This document shows, piece after piece, positions 13,058 through 25,765 of a stretch of 64,000 nucleotides of DNA. The translations under genes and the position numbers were made by a program. The first letter of the stretch is position 1, and every line of letters starts with the position of its first letter. Below the pieces are notes generated by a model, which worked only from the letters and a program-made list of their open reading frames with translations, had not been told where the DNA came from and searched no databases. The stretch lies in the NCBI RefSeq assembly GCF_018977255.1, contig NW_024704742.1, positions 54,934,001 to 54,998,000 of the forward strand, given 5' to 3'. The DNA comes from Callorhinchus milii. Taxonomy: Eukaryota.

Positions 13058-15215
13058 AACAACAACAAAATTACATTTATAGAGCGCCTTTCACGTCGGG
13101 GGGAAGTCCCAAAGCGCTGAACAGTCAGGTGTCGGGGCCTGAGCATGGGGGAGGGGTGGGGTAGGGGGAGGGAAGGCAGAGAGGTGGGAGGGAGACCAAA
13201 GGCACAGTCGAAGAGAAGGGTCTTGAGACCGGCCTTGAAGGAGGCAAGAGAGGAAGCGAGGCGAAGGGACTGTGGGATGGAGTTCCAGAGTGTGGGGGCA
13301 GAGAGGCTGAAAGCCCGGCCACCGATGGTAGGGCGGGTCAGGTGGGAGACATGGAGCAGCCCGGAGCCCGCTGAACAGAGAGAGTGGGCAGGTTGGTAGG
13401 GAGTCAGCAGGTCAGAGATAAGAGGAGGCAAGTCCATGGATGGCCTTAGAGGTGAGGGCGAGGATCTTGAACTTGATCCTCTGAGGCATTGGAGTCGGGC
13501 GAGGGTGGGAGTGATGGGGTCACGGAGCAGAGTTTTGGATGATCTGCAGATTGTGAAGGGAAGAGTTGGGAAGGCCGATGAGGAGGGAGTTCCCGTAATC
13601 GAGCCTTGAGGTGACGAATGCGTGGGTGAGGGTTTTGGCAGCCTGAGGGGCGAGAAAGTGGAGGAGTCTGGCAATGTTGCGGAGGTGGTGGTAGGCAGTG
13701 CCGGTCATGGCGCGGATATGGGGGAGAAAGGACAGTTCAGGGTCAAACAAGATACCCAGGTTCCTGACTGGCTTAGTGAGGTTGAGTGTGCAGCCGTGGA
13801 TGCTGATGCTGTCAGCGCCTGAGGTGCGGAGGCGCTGGCGTGAGCCAATCAGGAAGGCCTCGGTATTGCTGAAGTTGAGTTGGAGAAAGTTGACCCTCAT
13901 CCAGGACTTGATGTCGGACAGGCAGTCGGTCAGGACACCAGTAGTCCTGGAGTTCAGGATGGAGGCAGAGAGGTAGAGTTGGGTGTCATCCGCATACATG
14001 TGGAAATTTACCCCATGTCTGCGGATAATGTCATCGAGGGGAAGCATATAGAGGGTAAAGAGGAGGGAACCCAGAACAGAGCCCTGAGGAACACCGCACG
14101 AGACAGTGCGGGGACTGGAGGAGAAGCCGTTTGCCGCGATGAAGTGGAGGTGGTGTGAAAGGTAGGAACTGAACCAGTCAACTACAGAACCTTGAAGGTT
14201 GAGGTGGGAGGAGAGGCGGTGGAGGAGGATTGAGTGGTCAACGGTGTCAAAGGCAGTGGAGAGGTCGAGGAGGATGAGGAGGCAGAGGGAGCCCTGGTCA
14301 CACATGGTCAGGATGTCATTTGTGACCTTAACCAGAGCAGTTTCCAGGCTGTGGGCAGAACGGAAACCGGATTGGAGGGGTTCATGGAGGGAGTGTGAGG
14401 AGAGGAAAGAGAGAAGCTGGGAGGCACCGGCTCTCTCAAGGACCTTGGATAGGAAAGGGAGATTTGAGATGAGCCGGTAGCTGGATAGTTTTGATGGGTC
14501 AAGGGAAGGTTTCTTCAGGGTGGGTGTGATAATGGCTGTTTTGAGGGGGGAAGGAACAGTTCCAGGTGACAGGGAGAGGTTAATGATGTCGGCGAGTAGT
14601 GGGGTAAGGAAGTGGAGCTGGGATTTAAGGGGAGGGGTGGGGATGGGGTCTAGGGAGCAGGTGGTGGGCTTCATGAAGGTTATGGTAGTGAAGACAGAGG
14701 AGGGGGTGACAGGTTCAAAGGTGTGGAAGGAGGGTAATTGTCAGAGTGTGGGGAGGGGGGTGGAAGTTGGGAGGGCAGCGGCAGCTGAGCGGATTCCCAG
14801 CATTTTCTCGTAGTGAGTCAGAGGAAAGAATCTGCGAGGCGTGGCTGGGAGGGCGGAGGAGCCGGTTGGTGGTGGAGAACAGGAGCCTGGGGCCGCCCTT
14901 CGCCTCCAGGATTAACCTGGAATAGAAGGATGATTTGGCCGAGGTAAGAGCGGAGCGGTAGTTCTTGATGAGGTCCAGTCACATGTGGCGGTGGACCGTT
15001 AGGTCGGATTTGAGCCAAGTGCGTTCGGCAGCCCACACTTGGCCCTTAAGCGAGCGGAGGTGGCTGGTGAACCAGGGTGAGGATCGGGAATAGGAGGCAG
15101 TTCAGGCGGTGAGGGGGGCAAGGACGTCGAGTGTGGTGGAGAGGGTGCTGTGGAGAAGAGTGAGTGCACCGAGTGGGTTGGTGCGAGAGGTGGGACAGAA
15201 AGGGAGGAGATCAGA
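13058..15215 (-). mobile_element. 5'-truncated L2-clade LINE with an uninterrupted 384-codon RT segment
   Basis: ORF 13520-14674: [44 protein letters not shown]; (GTT)n-like tail at 13058. Confidence 0.93.
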
Positions 15216-15404
15216 GGATCAGAGATCAGAGGACGGAGCAGAGGCAGAGGGAAGCAAGGAGGGTGGGGATGTCAGAGAACTTATAGAATACATATTTAGA
15301 AAAAACACCTATTTAGAAAAAAAACTTCCTCTATATGTTTGTCAGAAAATAAAGCAAATTCTCATGCTGGTGTACAATATGGATAGATCTTGGATAGAAA
15401 AGTA

Positions 15405-15872
15405 ATAATCATTTTACCTCAAGAGGATGTATCAAAGTGCGTCACAAGATATACTGTAAAGTGTAGTAACTGTATTCTGTAGGAAAAGTGTGGCAACCAA
15501 TTTACACACAGCAAAATCTCCTATAAACAGAAATGAAATGAATGACCAATTTTATTTTGGGGGGATGGTGACCGGGGCACTGGGAGAAATGTTTTAGAAT
15601 TGTGTCATGGGATCTTTAGCGTTCACCTGAACTGACAGACAAGACTTTGATTTAACATTTCATCCGAAGGACAGCACTTCCAACACTTTTGGGACATCCT
15701 CCTGACGTGAAAGGCACCATACAAATGTTATTTGTTGTTGTTATTGCACGCTTTCCCAGCACTGCATTGGAGTGTCAGCCCAGACAATGCGAGTTCCAAG
15801 TCCCAACGTGGGGCTTGAACCCACAACCTTCTGACTCAAGATGACATTGCTACCTACTGAGCCAGGCTGACA
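15405..15872 (-). mobile_element. Deu-domain-type tRNA SINE, interrupted by a short + strand L2 tail (about 15686-15743)
   Basis: Reverse tRNA head (tggctcagtaggtagc...gagtcagaaggttgtgggttcaagcccc); embedded gggacatcctcctgacgtgaaagg...gttgttgtt. Confidence 0.7.
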
Positions 15873-16084
15873 ATATTGTAGAAGGCAATGCCTTAAATCA
15901 TACAATTGCTAAAAGCAACTGAGAACCAGCAAATGCATTTTAAACATATTACGTGACCTGGAGGGTTTCCTTACATTTTTTTCAAAAAGCAGACACCTCT
16001 GTGCAACAGCATTATTTCTTAGTAAAAATAATAATGTACAAACTACAATAATCTACAAACTAAAATACAAATCAAAGTAAAACT

Positions 16085-17480
16085 ACAAATCAATAATTAA
16101 ACAACAAATGGAGAATGTCTCAAAGTGCTTTACGAAGATTTTGTGGAGCCTAAGATGGGAGGGAGATAGAAGTCCAAGAAATGTATGAGAGCAGAGAAGG
16201 CGGGATAAAGGTAGAGGAATTTTGGAAGAGAATTCCAGAGAGCAGGGGACGAGTGGTTGAGGTCTTGCCTGCCAATGATGGGGAAGAGTGGGCATGAAGC
16301 AGGCCAGAGTTAATGGAGGTAGAGGCCGCAGGAGATCACAGAGGTAGAATTTGGCAAGGCAATGGAGGCATTTGAAGATAAACCTTAAAAGTTGTTAAGG
16401 TTGTTATTAGGAAATGGGGATTAGGAAAACAATAGAGCTGAGCAAGGAAAGGATTTGGATTTGGGATGGTGAAGTCTGAGAGCTTATGGAGGGCGGCAAA
16501 GGTGTGGATAAGGCTTTTAGTTGTTTGATGGGCAGACTGTCAGAACGATAGTTCTGGAGTCAAAGGTGGAGGCAGAAAGCAAGAGTAAGTCTCACTACCT
16601 ACATATTCAAGTGGACCCCATGCCTGCAGATGATGCCGCCAAGGAGGAGTATGTAGATGAGGAAGAGAAGACCAAAGATGGAACTCTGAAGAAAAGTACA
16701 AAAAAGTTTTGTTGCGTGTTCAATTTTATGAGACTATGCACAGCTAATGTTATCTAAGCTAAAATATGATTTTTGTTGCACTTCAGTCATTATGTATTCT
16801 CTATTTAATTTTCTAGAATGTATATACACCGCAGATCTTTCTAATAATAGGGCTCAACATCAGATTTTGTTCATTTTCAAAATTATGCCCATATAATTGC
16901 CACCCATTTCTCCAAAATATGAGTATTCTTCAAGGTTATTTGTATTCAATCAGCCTAAATCAATATTCCTGCTCGACTCCGAGCTGAGCTTCAAAACGCC
17001 TCAACAAGTCCATCGCTAAGATAATCATCTTCCACATTCAACTACTTAGGCCCTCAACTCACCCCATTACTATTCTCCTCATTAACATCTCCATTAACTC
17101 AATTCCACACCCACATTCCCACCCACCCCTAAAATCTTGCCAGGCTCCCATTAGTTCCCAGGATTTCAAGTTGAAGATCCTTATCCTTAAGCCCATTAAG
17201 GTCTCGTCCCATCCTACTTGTACAATTTTTTCCAGGCCTACATTTCAATCCTTTCTCTCTGCTCTTCTGACTCTGGGCTATTGCTCGCTCCGTCGGACGG
17301 TGGCCGAGAAATCCTCTGGAAATCTCTCCCAAAATGTCTTTCTCCCTCTTACTCTGCCTTCATAATCCCTAAAACATATTTATTCAATGGTCCCTTTGGT
17401 AAACATCTTCTAACCTTTCATTTGCCTGTTCTTTTACCACTACTTCTGTTGCCAAGCACTTTGAGATATTCCTTAATATG
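16085..17480. mobile_element. Two old L2 remnants (about 16085-16690 minus; about 16970-17480 plus)
   Basis: Decayed L2 3' phrases (gccaggctcccatt, caagttgaagatccttatcctt, ctctggaaatctctccc). Confidence 0.55.
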
Positions 17481-18484
17481 AAAGCTGTGAAACTACAAGA
17501 CTACAGTTCGAGACATTATGGTTGAACTGACACAGCTAGTTTATCAAATCACATACCACAAATTATCTTCACATATCACCAAATTCAGATCAACTACAAC
17601 ATTCAATCTTTGAGGTATGTACAAAGAGAGAAACAAATAATTGTCATCTTGGTGCCTGTGGTGCCACAGAGATTTTCAAACATCTAAATGTTCTAATTTT
17701 GTAACCAAACTAACTAATGATAATTTGAAAACTGAGCAAATTCTTTTAACAAACACAATTGCAGCTCGATCATGGTGCAACAAAACATTTACACTGTTAT
17801 GATGGTTTCAAAACCTCTAAAATGCCACACAGCCAACTAATAAAATAAATCCAATTAAGAGTATAGAGCTTATTTTAAAAAATGCAGCTTTGCTTCACAA
17901 TTGTTTTCTAAAGGAACCAAGTTTATTTTGCTGCTTAGCACAATGTAATGGTTTGCATACACTGTCACAGTGCAACCTTAAGGGATTTTTGTATCATAAA
18001 TTGAACATTTCTACAGCTTTAGAGGTTTAATAACATGTGGAGAATTAAGGGTTTCTCCAAATCTGATGCTGTGTTAAGTTGCTGTGTCAGAGGCAATTGT
18101 CTCCATCCAATAAGATTCCTCAGTTGGCGGGTGGTGGGGGGGAAAAGAGAGGAGGAAACTCATTGATACATAGCCTTTCATTTACATGAAGACATCTCAA
18201 AGCATTTTTGCTGGATTTATTGCAAAGTGTAGTGACTGTGCGAAATGCCAACACCAAAACATCCCACAGCAGCCGCAATATTTCCCACAAAATATACAGT
18301 CAATTCAGTTTACAGTATATTCTGTGAAGCACTTTGAGACGTCTCAAAGACTGATAAAGCACAATATCAAATGCAAGGATTGTTAGAAGTTGTACAGACA
18401 CTGGAAGGAAGACGGGGAGGTGGGAGAAAGGATAACATGAGGGAGAGAATAAAAACAGAAAATGAATCAATTTGATCCATTGTG

Positions 18485-20979
18485 GTGCGAGCGGGTGTGG
18501 GTGGGTATAGGCGGGCGTGGGCAGGTGGGTGTGAGTGAGTGAGTGTGAGCTGGTGTGAGTGAGTGAGTGTGAGTGGGTGAGTGTGAGCTGGTGTGAGTGT
18601 GAGCTGGTGTGAGTGAGTGTGAGCTGGAATGAGTGAGTGTGAGCTGGTGTGAGTGAGTGAGCGTGAGCTGGTGTGAGTGAGTGTGAGCTGGTGTGAGTGA
18701 GTGTGAGCTGGAGTGAGTGAGTGTGAGCTGGTGTGAGTGAGTGAGTGAGTGAGTGAGTGAGTGAGTGAGTGAGTGAGTGAGTGAGTGAGTGAGTGAGTGA
18801 GTGTGAGCTGGTGTGAGTGAGTGAGTGAGTGCTGGTGTGTGAGTGAGTGTGAGCTGGTGTGAGGGTGTGAGTGAGCTGGTGTGAGGGTGTGAGTGAGCTG
18901 GTGTGAGGGTGTGAGTGAGCTGGTGTGAGTGAGTGTGAGCTGGTGTGAGTGAGTGAGTGAGTGTGAGCTGGTGTGAGTGAGTGTGAGCTGGTGTGAGTGA
19001 GTGTGAGGGTGTGAGTGAGTGTGAGGGTGTGAGTGAGTGTGAGCTGGTGTGAGGGGGTGTGAGCTGGTGTGAGGGAGTGTGAGGGTGTGAGTGAGTGTGT
19101 GTGAGGGTGTGTGTGAGTGTGTGAGGGTGTTAGTGAGTGTGAGGGTGTGTGTGAGAGTGTGTGAGGGTGTTAGTGAGTGTGAGGGTGGGTGTGAGGGTGG
19201 GTGTGAGGGTGGGTGTGAGGGTGGGTGTGAGGGTGTGAGTGTGAGAGTGTTAGTGTGTGTGAGGGTGTGTGTGAGGGTGTGGGTGTGAGGGTGTGGGTGT
19301 GAGTGAGGGTGTGTGAGTGAGGGTGTGTGAGTGAGGGTGTGTGTGTGTGAGGGTGTGTGTGTGTGAGGGTGTGTGTGTGTGTGTGTGTGTGAGTGTGTGT
19401 GTGTGTGTGTGAGGGTGTGTGTGTGTGTGTGTGTGTGAGTGAGGGTATGAGTGAGGGTGTGAGTGAGGGTGTGTGTGAGTGTGAGTGTGTGAGGGTGTGT
19501 GAGTGAGGGTGGGTGAGGGTGTGAGTGAGGGTGTGTGTGAGTGAGGGTGTGTGTGAGTGAGGGTGTGTGTGAGGGTGTGAGTGTGGGTGTGTGTGAGTGA
19601 GGGTGTGAGTGTGTGTGAGTGAGGGTGTGTGTGTGAGTGAGGGTGTGAGTGTGTGTGAGTGAGGGTGTGTGTGAGGGTGTGTGTGTGTGAGGGTGTGTGT
19701 GTGTGAGGGTGAGGGTGTGAGTGAGGGTGTGTGTGTGTGAGGGTGTGAGTGAGGGTGTGTGTGAGGGTGTGTGTGAGGGTGTGTGTGTGTGTGTGAGTGA
19801 CTGTGTGTGAGGGTGTGTGTGTGAGTGAGTGTGTGTGTGAGGGTGTGTGTGAGGGTGTGTGTGAGGGTGTGTGTGTGTGTGAGGGTGTGAGTGTGAGGGT
19901 GTGTGTGTGTGTGAGGGTGTGAGTGAGGGTGTGTGTGAGGGTGTGTGTGAGGGTGTGTGTGAGGGTGTGAGTGAGGGTGTGAGTGAGGGTGTGAGTGAGG
20001 GTGTGTGTGTGAGGGTGTGTGAGTGAGGGTGTGTGTGAGGGTGTGTGTGTGTGAGGGTGTGTGTGTGTGTGTGAGGGTGTGTGTGGTGTGTGTGTGAGGG
20101 TGTGTGTGTGTGTGAGTGAGGGTGTGTGTGTGTGTGAGGGGTGTGTGTGTGTGAGGGTGTGTGTGTGTGTGTGTGAGGGTGTGTGTGTGAGTGAGGGTGT
20201 GAGTGAGGGTGTGTGTGGGTGTGTGTGAGGGTGTGTGTGTGTGTGTGAGGGTGTGTGTGTGTGAGGGTGTGTGTGTGTGGGAGGGTGTGAGTGAGGGTGT
20301 GTGTGGGTGTGTGAGTGTGTGTGTGAGGGTGTGTGTGTGTGTGTGAGGGGTGTGTGTGTGTGGGAGGGTGTGAGTGAGGGTGTGTGTGGGTGTGTGAGTG
20401 TGTGTGTGAGGGTGTGTGTGTGTGTGTGAGGGTGTGTGTGTGTGTGAGGGTGTGTGTGTGTGTGAGGGTGTGTGTGTGGTGTGTGAGGGTGTGGTGTGTG
20501 TGTGTGTGAGGGTGTGTGTGTGAGGGTGGTGGTGTGTGAGGGTGTGTGTGTGAGGGTGTGTGTGTGTGAGGGGTGTGTGTGAGGGTGTGTGTGTGAGGGT
20601 GTGTGTGTGAGTGTGTGTGTGAGGGTGTGTGTGTGTGAGGATGTGTGTGTGTGTGTGAGGGTGTGTGTGAGGGTGTGAGTGAGGGTGTGAGTGTGTGTGT
20701 GTGTATGTGAGGGTGTGTGTGTGTGTGAGTGTGTGTGTGTGTGAGTGAGGATGTGTGTGTGTGTGTGAGGATGTGTGTGTGTGTGTGAGGGTGTGAGTGT
20801 GTGTGTGTGTGAGTGTGTGTGTGTGTGAGGATGTGTGTGTGTGTGTGAGGGTGTGTGTGTGAGTGAGGGTGTGAGTGTGTGAGGGTGTGTGTGTGTGTGT
20901 GTGTGAGGGTGTGTGTGTGTGTGTGTGTGTGTGAGGGTGTGTGTGAGGGTGAGCCCCAGGGTGGCGGGGACACAGACCC

Positions 20980-21018
<39 letters not shown>

Positions 21019-21230
21019 GTGTGTGTGTGTGAGGGTGTGTGTGTGTGAGGATGTGAGTGTGTGTGTGAGGGTGTGTGAGTGAGGGTGTGTGTGTGTGAGG
21101 GTGTGTGTGTGTGAGGGTGTGTGTGAGGGTGTGTGTGAGGGTGTGTGTGTGTGTGTGAGGGTGTGTGTGTGTGAGGGTGTGTGTGAGGGTGAGCCCCAGG
21201 GTGGCGGGGACACAGACCCCCTGTGTGTGG

Positions 21231-21262
<32 letters not shown>

Positions 21263-21330
21263 CACACACCCCAGCGGTTCAGCAAATGGCGAACTTGCGC
21301 GTGTGTGGTGTGAGTGAGTGAGTGAGGGAG
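18485..21330. repeat. Compound GT-rich micro/minisatellite of about 2.8 kb
   Basis: (GAGT)n, gagctggtgtgagtgagtgt units, then (GT)n punctuated by GAGG; contains two copies of a unique insert at 20951 and 21191. Confidence 0.97.
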
Positions 21331-22300
21331 TGAGCGTTGGGGGTGAAACAACGAGCAAGTGCGGGGTGAAGGTTGTACCTGTGTCCCCGGGCTGTCTGGC
21401 CCGGGGGCCGGGGGGCCGGGGGGTGCTGGCCCGGGGGGTGCTGGCCCGGGGGCCGGGGGGGGGCTGGCGGGGCTGTGACAGACCGCTCTCCTGTATGTGC
21501 TGTAGGCTCAGACCCAGACCCAGCGGCCGCCCACAGCCCGACTCCTCGCCGCCTCACCGACACCCGCTGCTCCTCCTCCTCCTCCTCCTCCAGGGCCACG
21601 ACGTGCGGCGCGATGGCGTCACCCGAACCTGCGCCTTGACCTTTCACCCCCCCCACCCCCCCGCGCCTCCGCGTCACGGGTCTTCGTGCCCCGAAAATTT
21701 TAGCCACAAAGAAGAAGACAGGGCGGCAAAAGGGGGACCGGGAAACGGTGTCTCCCGCGGGAGGGGCCCGAGGGGGGGGGGCGCGCGCGAGAGAGAGAGA
21801 CACGCGGCGGCGGCGGCGCTGCTTTCGTTTTTATTTCGAAAAAAAACAAGTGGTAAACGGTCATGTGGTGCGGGGGGAGTGCGCATGTGCGGGGGTGACG
21901 TAGTGCACAGGGTGGCAACGACCAGAGACTGAGAGAGAGAGAGAGAACACAGGCCACAGATGGAGAGGCTGCCCTCGGCCCCGAGCCGCCCCCGACCCTG
22001 AGCCGCCGCCGCCCCCCCCCCCCCGGCCTGTCCCCGGCCCCTGACTGTGTCGCTGTGAGGCAGCCCCAGGCCTCCCCTCCCTGTGCGGAGGCCGCTCCCC
22101 GGGGCCGAGGATGAACTGGATTTTCCAGACAAACAAGAGCGGCGGCGGCGGGGCTCAGCTCCCGGCCCTCACCAGCCTCCAGCAGCAGCGGCAGCGGCAG
22201 ATCGAGTCGCTGAGAGGCTCCCACAGCAGGTGAGCGCGAGAAGGCCCACAGCCACCCGGGGCTCCGGCTCCTCTTCCCTCCTGTAAACGGGAGACCCATC
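21330..22300. promoter_or_regulatory. CpG island / bidirectional CNOT7-VPS37A promoter
   Basis: Very GC- and CpG-rich, between divergent genes; NRF1-like TGCGCATGTGC (21880-21890), TGACGT (21896-21901), TCATGTG (21861-21867), YY1-like GATGGCG (21612-21618); candidate CNOT7 exon-1 donor gtgagg at 21557-21552. Confidence 0.8.
22111..22229 (+). CDS. VPS37A: VPS37A (ESCRT-I subunit) exon 1
   Basis: MNWIFQTNKSGGGGAQLPALTSLQQQRQRQIESLRGSHS|gtgagc, resembling the vertebrate VPS37A N-terminus. Confidence 0.93.
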
Positions 22301-22305
22301 ACACT

Positions 22306-22713
22306 GGGCCCCAGCGCCCGCCCGCCCGGCCCCCAGCGCCCGCCCGGCCCCCAGCGCCCGCCCGGCCCCCAGCGCCCGCCCGCCCCCCAGCGCCCGCCCG
22401 GCCCCCAGCGCCCGCCCGCCCGGCCCCCCAGCGCCCGCCGGCCCCCAGCGCCCGCCCGCCCGCCCGGCCCCCAGCGCCCGCCCGCCCGGCCCCCAGCGCC
22501 CGGCCCCCAGCGCCCGGCCGCCCGCCCGGCCCCCAGCGCCCGGCCCCCAGCGCCCGCCCGCCCCCAGCGCCCGCCCGCCCGCCCGGCCCCCAGCGCCCGC
22601 CCGCCCGGCCCCCAGCGCCCGGCCCCCCGCACGGCCCCCGGCCCCCAGCGCCCGGCCCCCGGCCCCCGGCGCACGGCCCCCGCCCGGCCCCCAGCGCACG
22701 GCCCCCGCACGGC
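22306..22713. repeat. GC-rich minisatellite (cggcccccagcgcccgcc-like unit) in VPS37A intron 1
   Basis: About 20 variant tandem copies of the ggcccccagcgccc core. Confidence 0.95.
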
Positions 22714-23567
22714 CCGCGAACGATTGACAGCGAATTGACTCCGAGGAGTTTGGGGTCAGGTGTCACGGAGCCTCAGCTGTTTAGTGCAGTAAACATTTCA
22801 GATTTTCCTTTCACCTCCAACACACAGACTGATGCCAAAGAAGCTGAAGCCTTTTACTTTCCTCTTGTACTTTTAGCAAAAAAAGTAATTGGATGGTTTA
22901 TTCCAAATCCCCCCCTCCCCTCCTCCCCCCACAATGTACGACCATATTACCTAAAGGCGGTTTAATCCGCTGATGGATTAGTACAATCTAAAACTGAACA
23001 CTGTTGGGCATCTTTAGTTATATGACCGATGTTCTTTGCATTAAAGGAAAGTTTAATGGATAGAAAAGAGTTCGTTTTTGTAGAAATCCATTTTCACGAG
23101 TTCCTTTTTAATTTAAATTAATTGTCTTGTTTGTGGAGAGAGTATTTTGAAGCACATTTATCAAAGTTCCCCACTCCCAATCCAGAAATAAGCAACAACA
23201 AGATTACATTTGTATAGCGCCTGTCTGTCACATTAGGAGAACTAAATGCTAAAAAAAACTTTAAAAACAACACTAAATGCTGCACAGATTGAAGCAGGGA
23301 ACATTTGATAGAGTATTTTGATAGAGTATTTTAATGAATCATAGTTTGAATTATTGTTGTGACTCCTATTACTGTGAACAATATGCTTAAGTGTATTACA
23401 GTATTAAGTTTTTTAAAATTACAAAGTAAATGTATGTATGCTGAACTACAAGTCATTTTTATCTGAAACAGCTCTGTGTATATTGGATCGATCAAAACAG
23501 TCACTTTATAATCCATATATTTTGACGGTGCGCTTAAATTAAACTTTAACCTGGCTAATTAACGGAG

Positions 23568-23922
23568 ACAACAACAACATTTATGGAGCGCCTTTCACGT
23601 CGGGAGGACGTCCCAAGGCGCTGTACAGTTGGGTCGGGACCTGAGCATTGGGGGGGAGATGGTCAGGGTGAGGGGAGGGAAGGGAGGGAGCGAGGAGGGG
23701 GTAGAGAGTCGAGAGGGGAGCTGAAGGCACGGTCATAGAGAAAGGTCTTGAGACCGGCCTTGAAGGAGGAAAGGGAGGAGGCGGCGAAGGCACTGGGGGA
23801 TGGAGTTCCAGAGCCTCGGGCTGAGAGGCTGAAGGCCCGACCACCGATGGGAGGGCGGTTGGGGCGGGGGACGTGGAGCAGACCGGAGCCGGAGGAACGG
23901 AGGGTACGGGCAGGTAGGGGGA
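23568..23922 (-). mobile_element. Young 5'-truncated L2 3' fragment
   Basis: Reverse match to 2355-2750; (GTT)n tail. Confidence 0.9.
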
Positions 23923-24002
23923 ATAGTCTCTTTCCAGCATAAAAGTTTGTGATTAATTTCCCAGCTAATGTGGCAAAACATGAAATGATTTCCTTTCTAT
24001 AG

Positions 24003-24077
24003 CATTGCAGAAATACAGAAGGATGTGGAGTACCGACTGCCTTTTACTGTTAAAAATATAACAATCAACATAAACAT
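24003..24077 (+). CDS. VPS37A: VPS37A exon 2
   Basis: tag|(S)IAEIQKDVEYRLPFTVKNITININ|gtaagt. Confidence 0.96.
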
Positions 24078-24699
24078 GTAAGTATTTCAAAAAAATGACT
24101 AGCTGCTGTTCATTGATAAAAATGTGATTGCACTACGACTATCTGTTTCCGCGTGTGTCTTGGATTCACGTGGTAGTACATAATAAGATACTCACACATG
24201 CATCTCTGGTGTAACAGCTAAGAGAAGCACATTCATACACATCTGCAGACTGGGGATTTTTGTTGTTATTGTTGTTGACCAACACATCATTTTCGATGCA
24301 TTCAGCGGTTATCAGTTGTGAACTCTCATGTGAGAGCTCAGGCTGATTCTGGCCGTGATGCTTATGTGACACACTATACAAAACGAGAGATTATAATGTT
24401 TATGTCCTGTACCCCATCAGATAAAGAGTGTTGCTGCTTAACAAGCTAGAAACGATAATGGGTACATTCGTGAAAATTCCCCAAAAAACTGCAACAGCTA
24501 CAAATCTGGGTTCAACAGTGCTGATTTAGTGCACTGTGACTCTTTAGCCTTTCCCATACCTATTCTATCTTGATATGCTATCCTATGTCACTGAATGGTG
24601 ACAAGTATAAATCATTAGTATGTAGATGGCATGATGTTAGTGGAAGGTTAAAGAAATCAATTCACTTTTAATTTTCTTTTTCTTCCATCCCCTATCTAG

Positions 24700-24817
24700 A
24701 TTGCTTCCTCCCCAATTTCCACAAGAAAAGCCTGTGGTCACAGTCTTCCCTCCTGTCAGGCACCATTTAGTGGACCAGCATAATGGGACACTGGTGACAA
24801 GCCCAGTGATCAGCAAT
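24700..24817 (+). CDS. VPS37A: VPS37A exon 3
   Basis: tag|(I)LLPPQFPQEKPVVTVFPPVRHHLVDQHNGTLVTSPVISN|gtatgt. Confidence 0.96.
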
Positions 24818-25664
24818 GTATGTACTTTTTTAATGCCATAATAAAATGGGATTCAATAGACTACTGGTTACAGTTCAGTTTTGATCAATTTGTCAATCCT
24901 AAAAACAGAAAAGGTAATGCATTTAATTATTTAGACTCCCAAATCCTGACTTTCCTTGCATGGTACAATCCAATTATCCAAAACAGGATTTTGCATACTA
25001 TTATAAGCAAACTGTGGAAAAAATGGCCGGCTTCCAAATTGTCAGGTTGATAATTGACATACACTGTTTCTGTGCAGGAAGCACCAATAACATTGTTTTC
25101 TGTGTAAAGTGATGTCAGCAGCATTCTCTGTACATAGTGCGCATGCGTAGGAAATGACTTTGGCATGCTTCCTGCGTATATAAACAACACACAAGGAGTG
25201 ACATCAATAGTTATCTGATGACCCAGAAGTTGGCCATTATTTAGCACAGAAAGCTGGCTAATCATTGCTGGAAGCCAAAGTGTATTGTACTTCTGGCAGA
25301 GCATGGGTCCACCGTAGACATGTGCTCTTAATGCCATGCTCAACCGGGGCATGTACTAAAGGAACCGTCCTTTATTTTGATGAGCAAAGCTATCCACACG
25401 TTGGGAAAGAGATTGTTTTAAAAAGGGGAGGGGGATACTGTGCCTTATCTGTGAAAGATGCATTGTTACGATTCTACGAAATAAGTTTTATTTAACTTAG
25501 CATTTCTTGACTGCAAGCTATTTCTGTCATGCATCTTTACACTACTGGTAACTTGCAGTTTTGTTAAAAAGAATTTTGTTCAAGTGATTTTGTTAAACAA
25601 TTTGTTCAAGTGATTCAGACCTGGTAAGATATTAATTTTGTTAAAACTGTCTTTGATACTAAAG

Positions 25665-25765
25665 TTCACAATGCATTCCGACCTTGGCAAAATTGTCCAG
25701 TCAGTCCTGGATGAATTCTGGAAAAATCCTCCATCGTTGGCTTCAAGTTCAACATCCTTTCCATA
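25665..25765 (+). CDS. VPS37A: VPS37A exon 4
   Basis: aag|FTMHSDLGKIVQSVLDEFWKNPPSLASSSTSFP|gtaagt. Confidence 0.95.

Noticed and set aside
18367..21358. 994-, 699- and 702-aa His/Thr/Pro-rich ORFs
   Set aside because: Translations of the CA-rich satellite strand, which lacks stop codons in all frames; no protein-like complexity
21960..22001. 13-codon uORF upstream of VPS37A
   Set aside because: TSS unknown, so it may lie outside the transcript; no further support
21279..22766. Overlapping Gly/Ala/Arg/Pro-rich ORFs
   Set aside because: Artefacts of the GC-rich island and minisatellite; the real coding frame is VPS37A exon 1 at 22111
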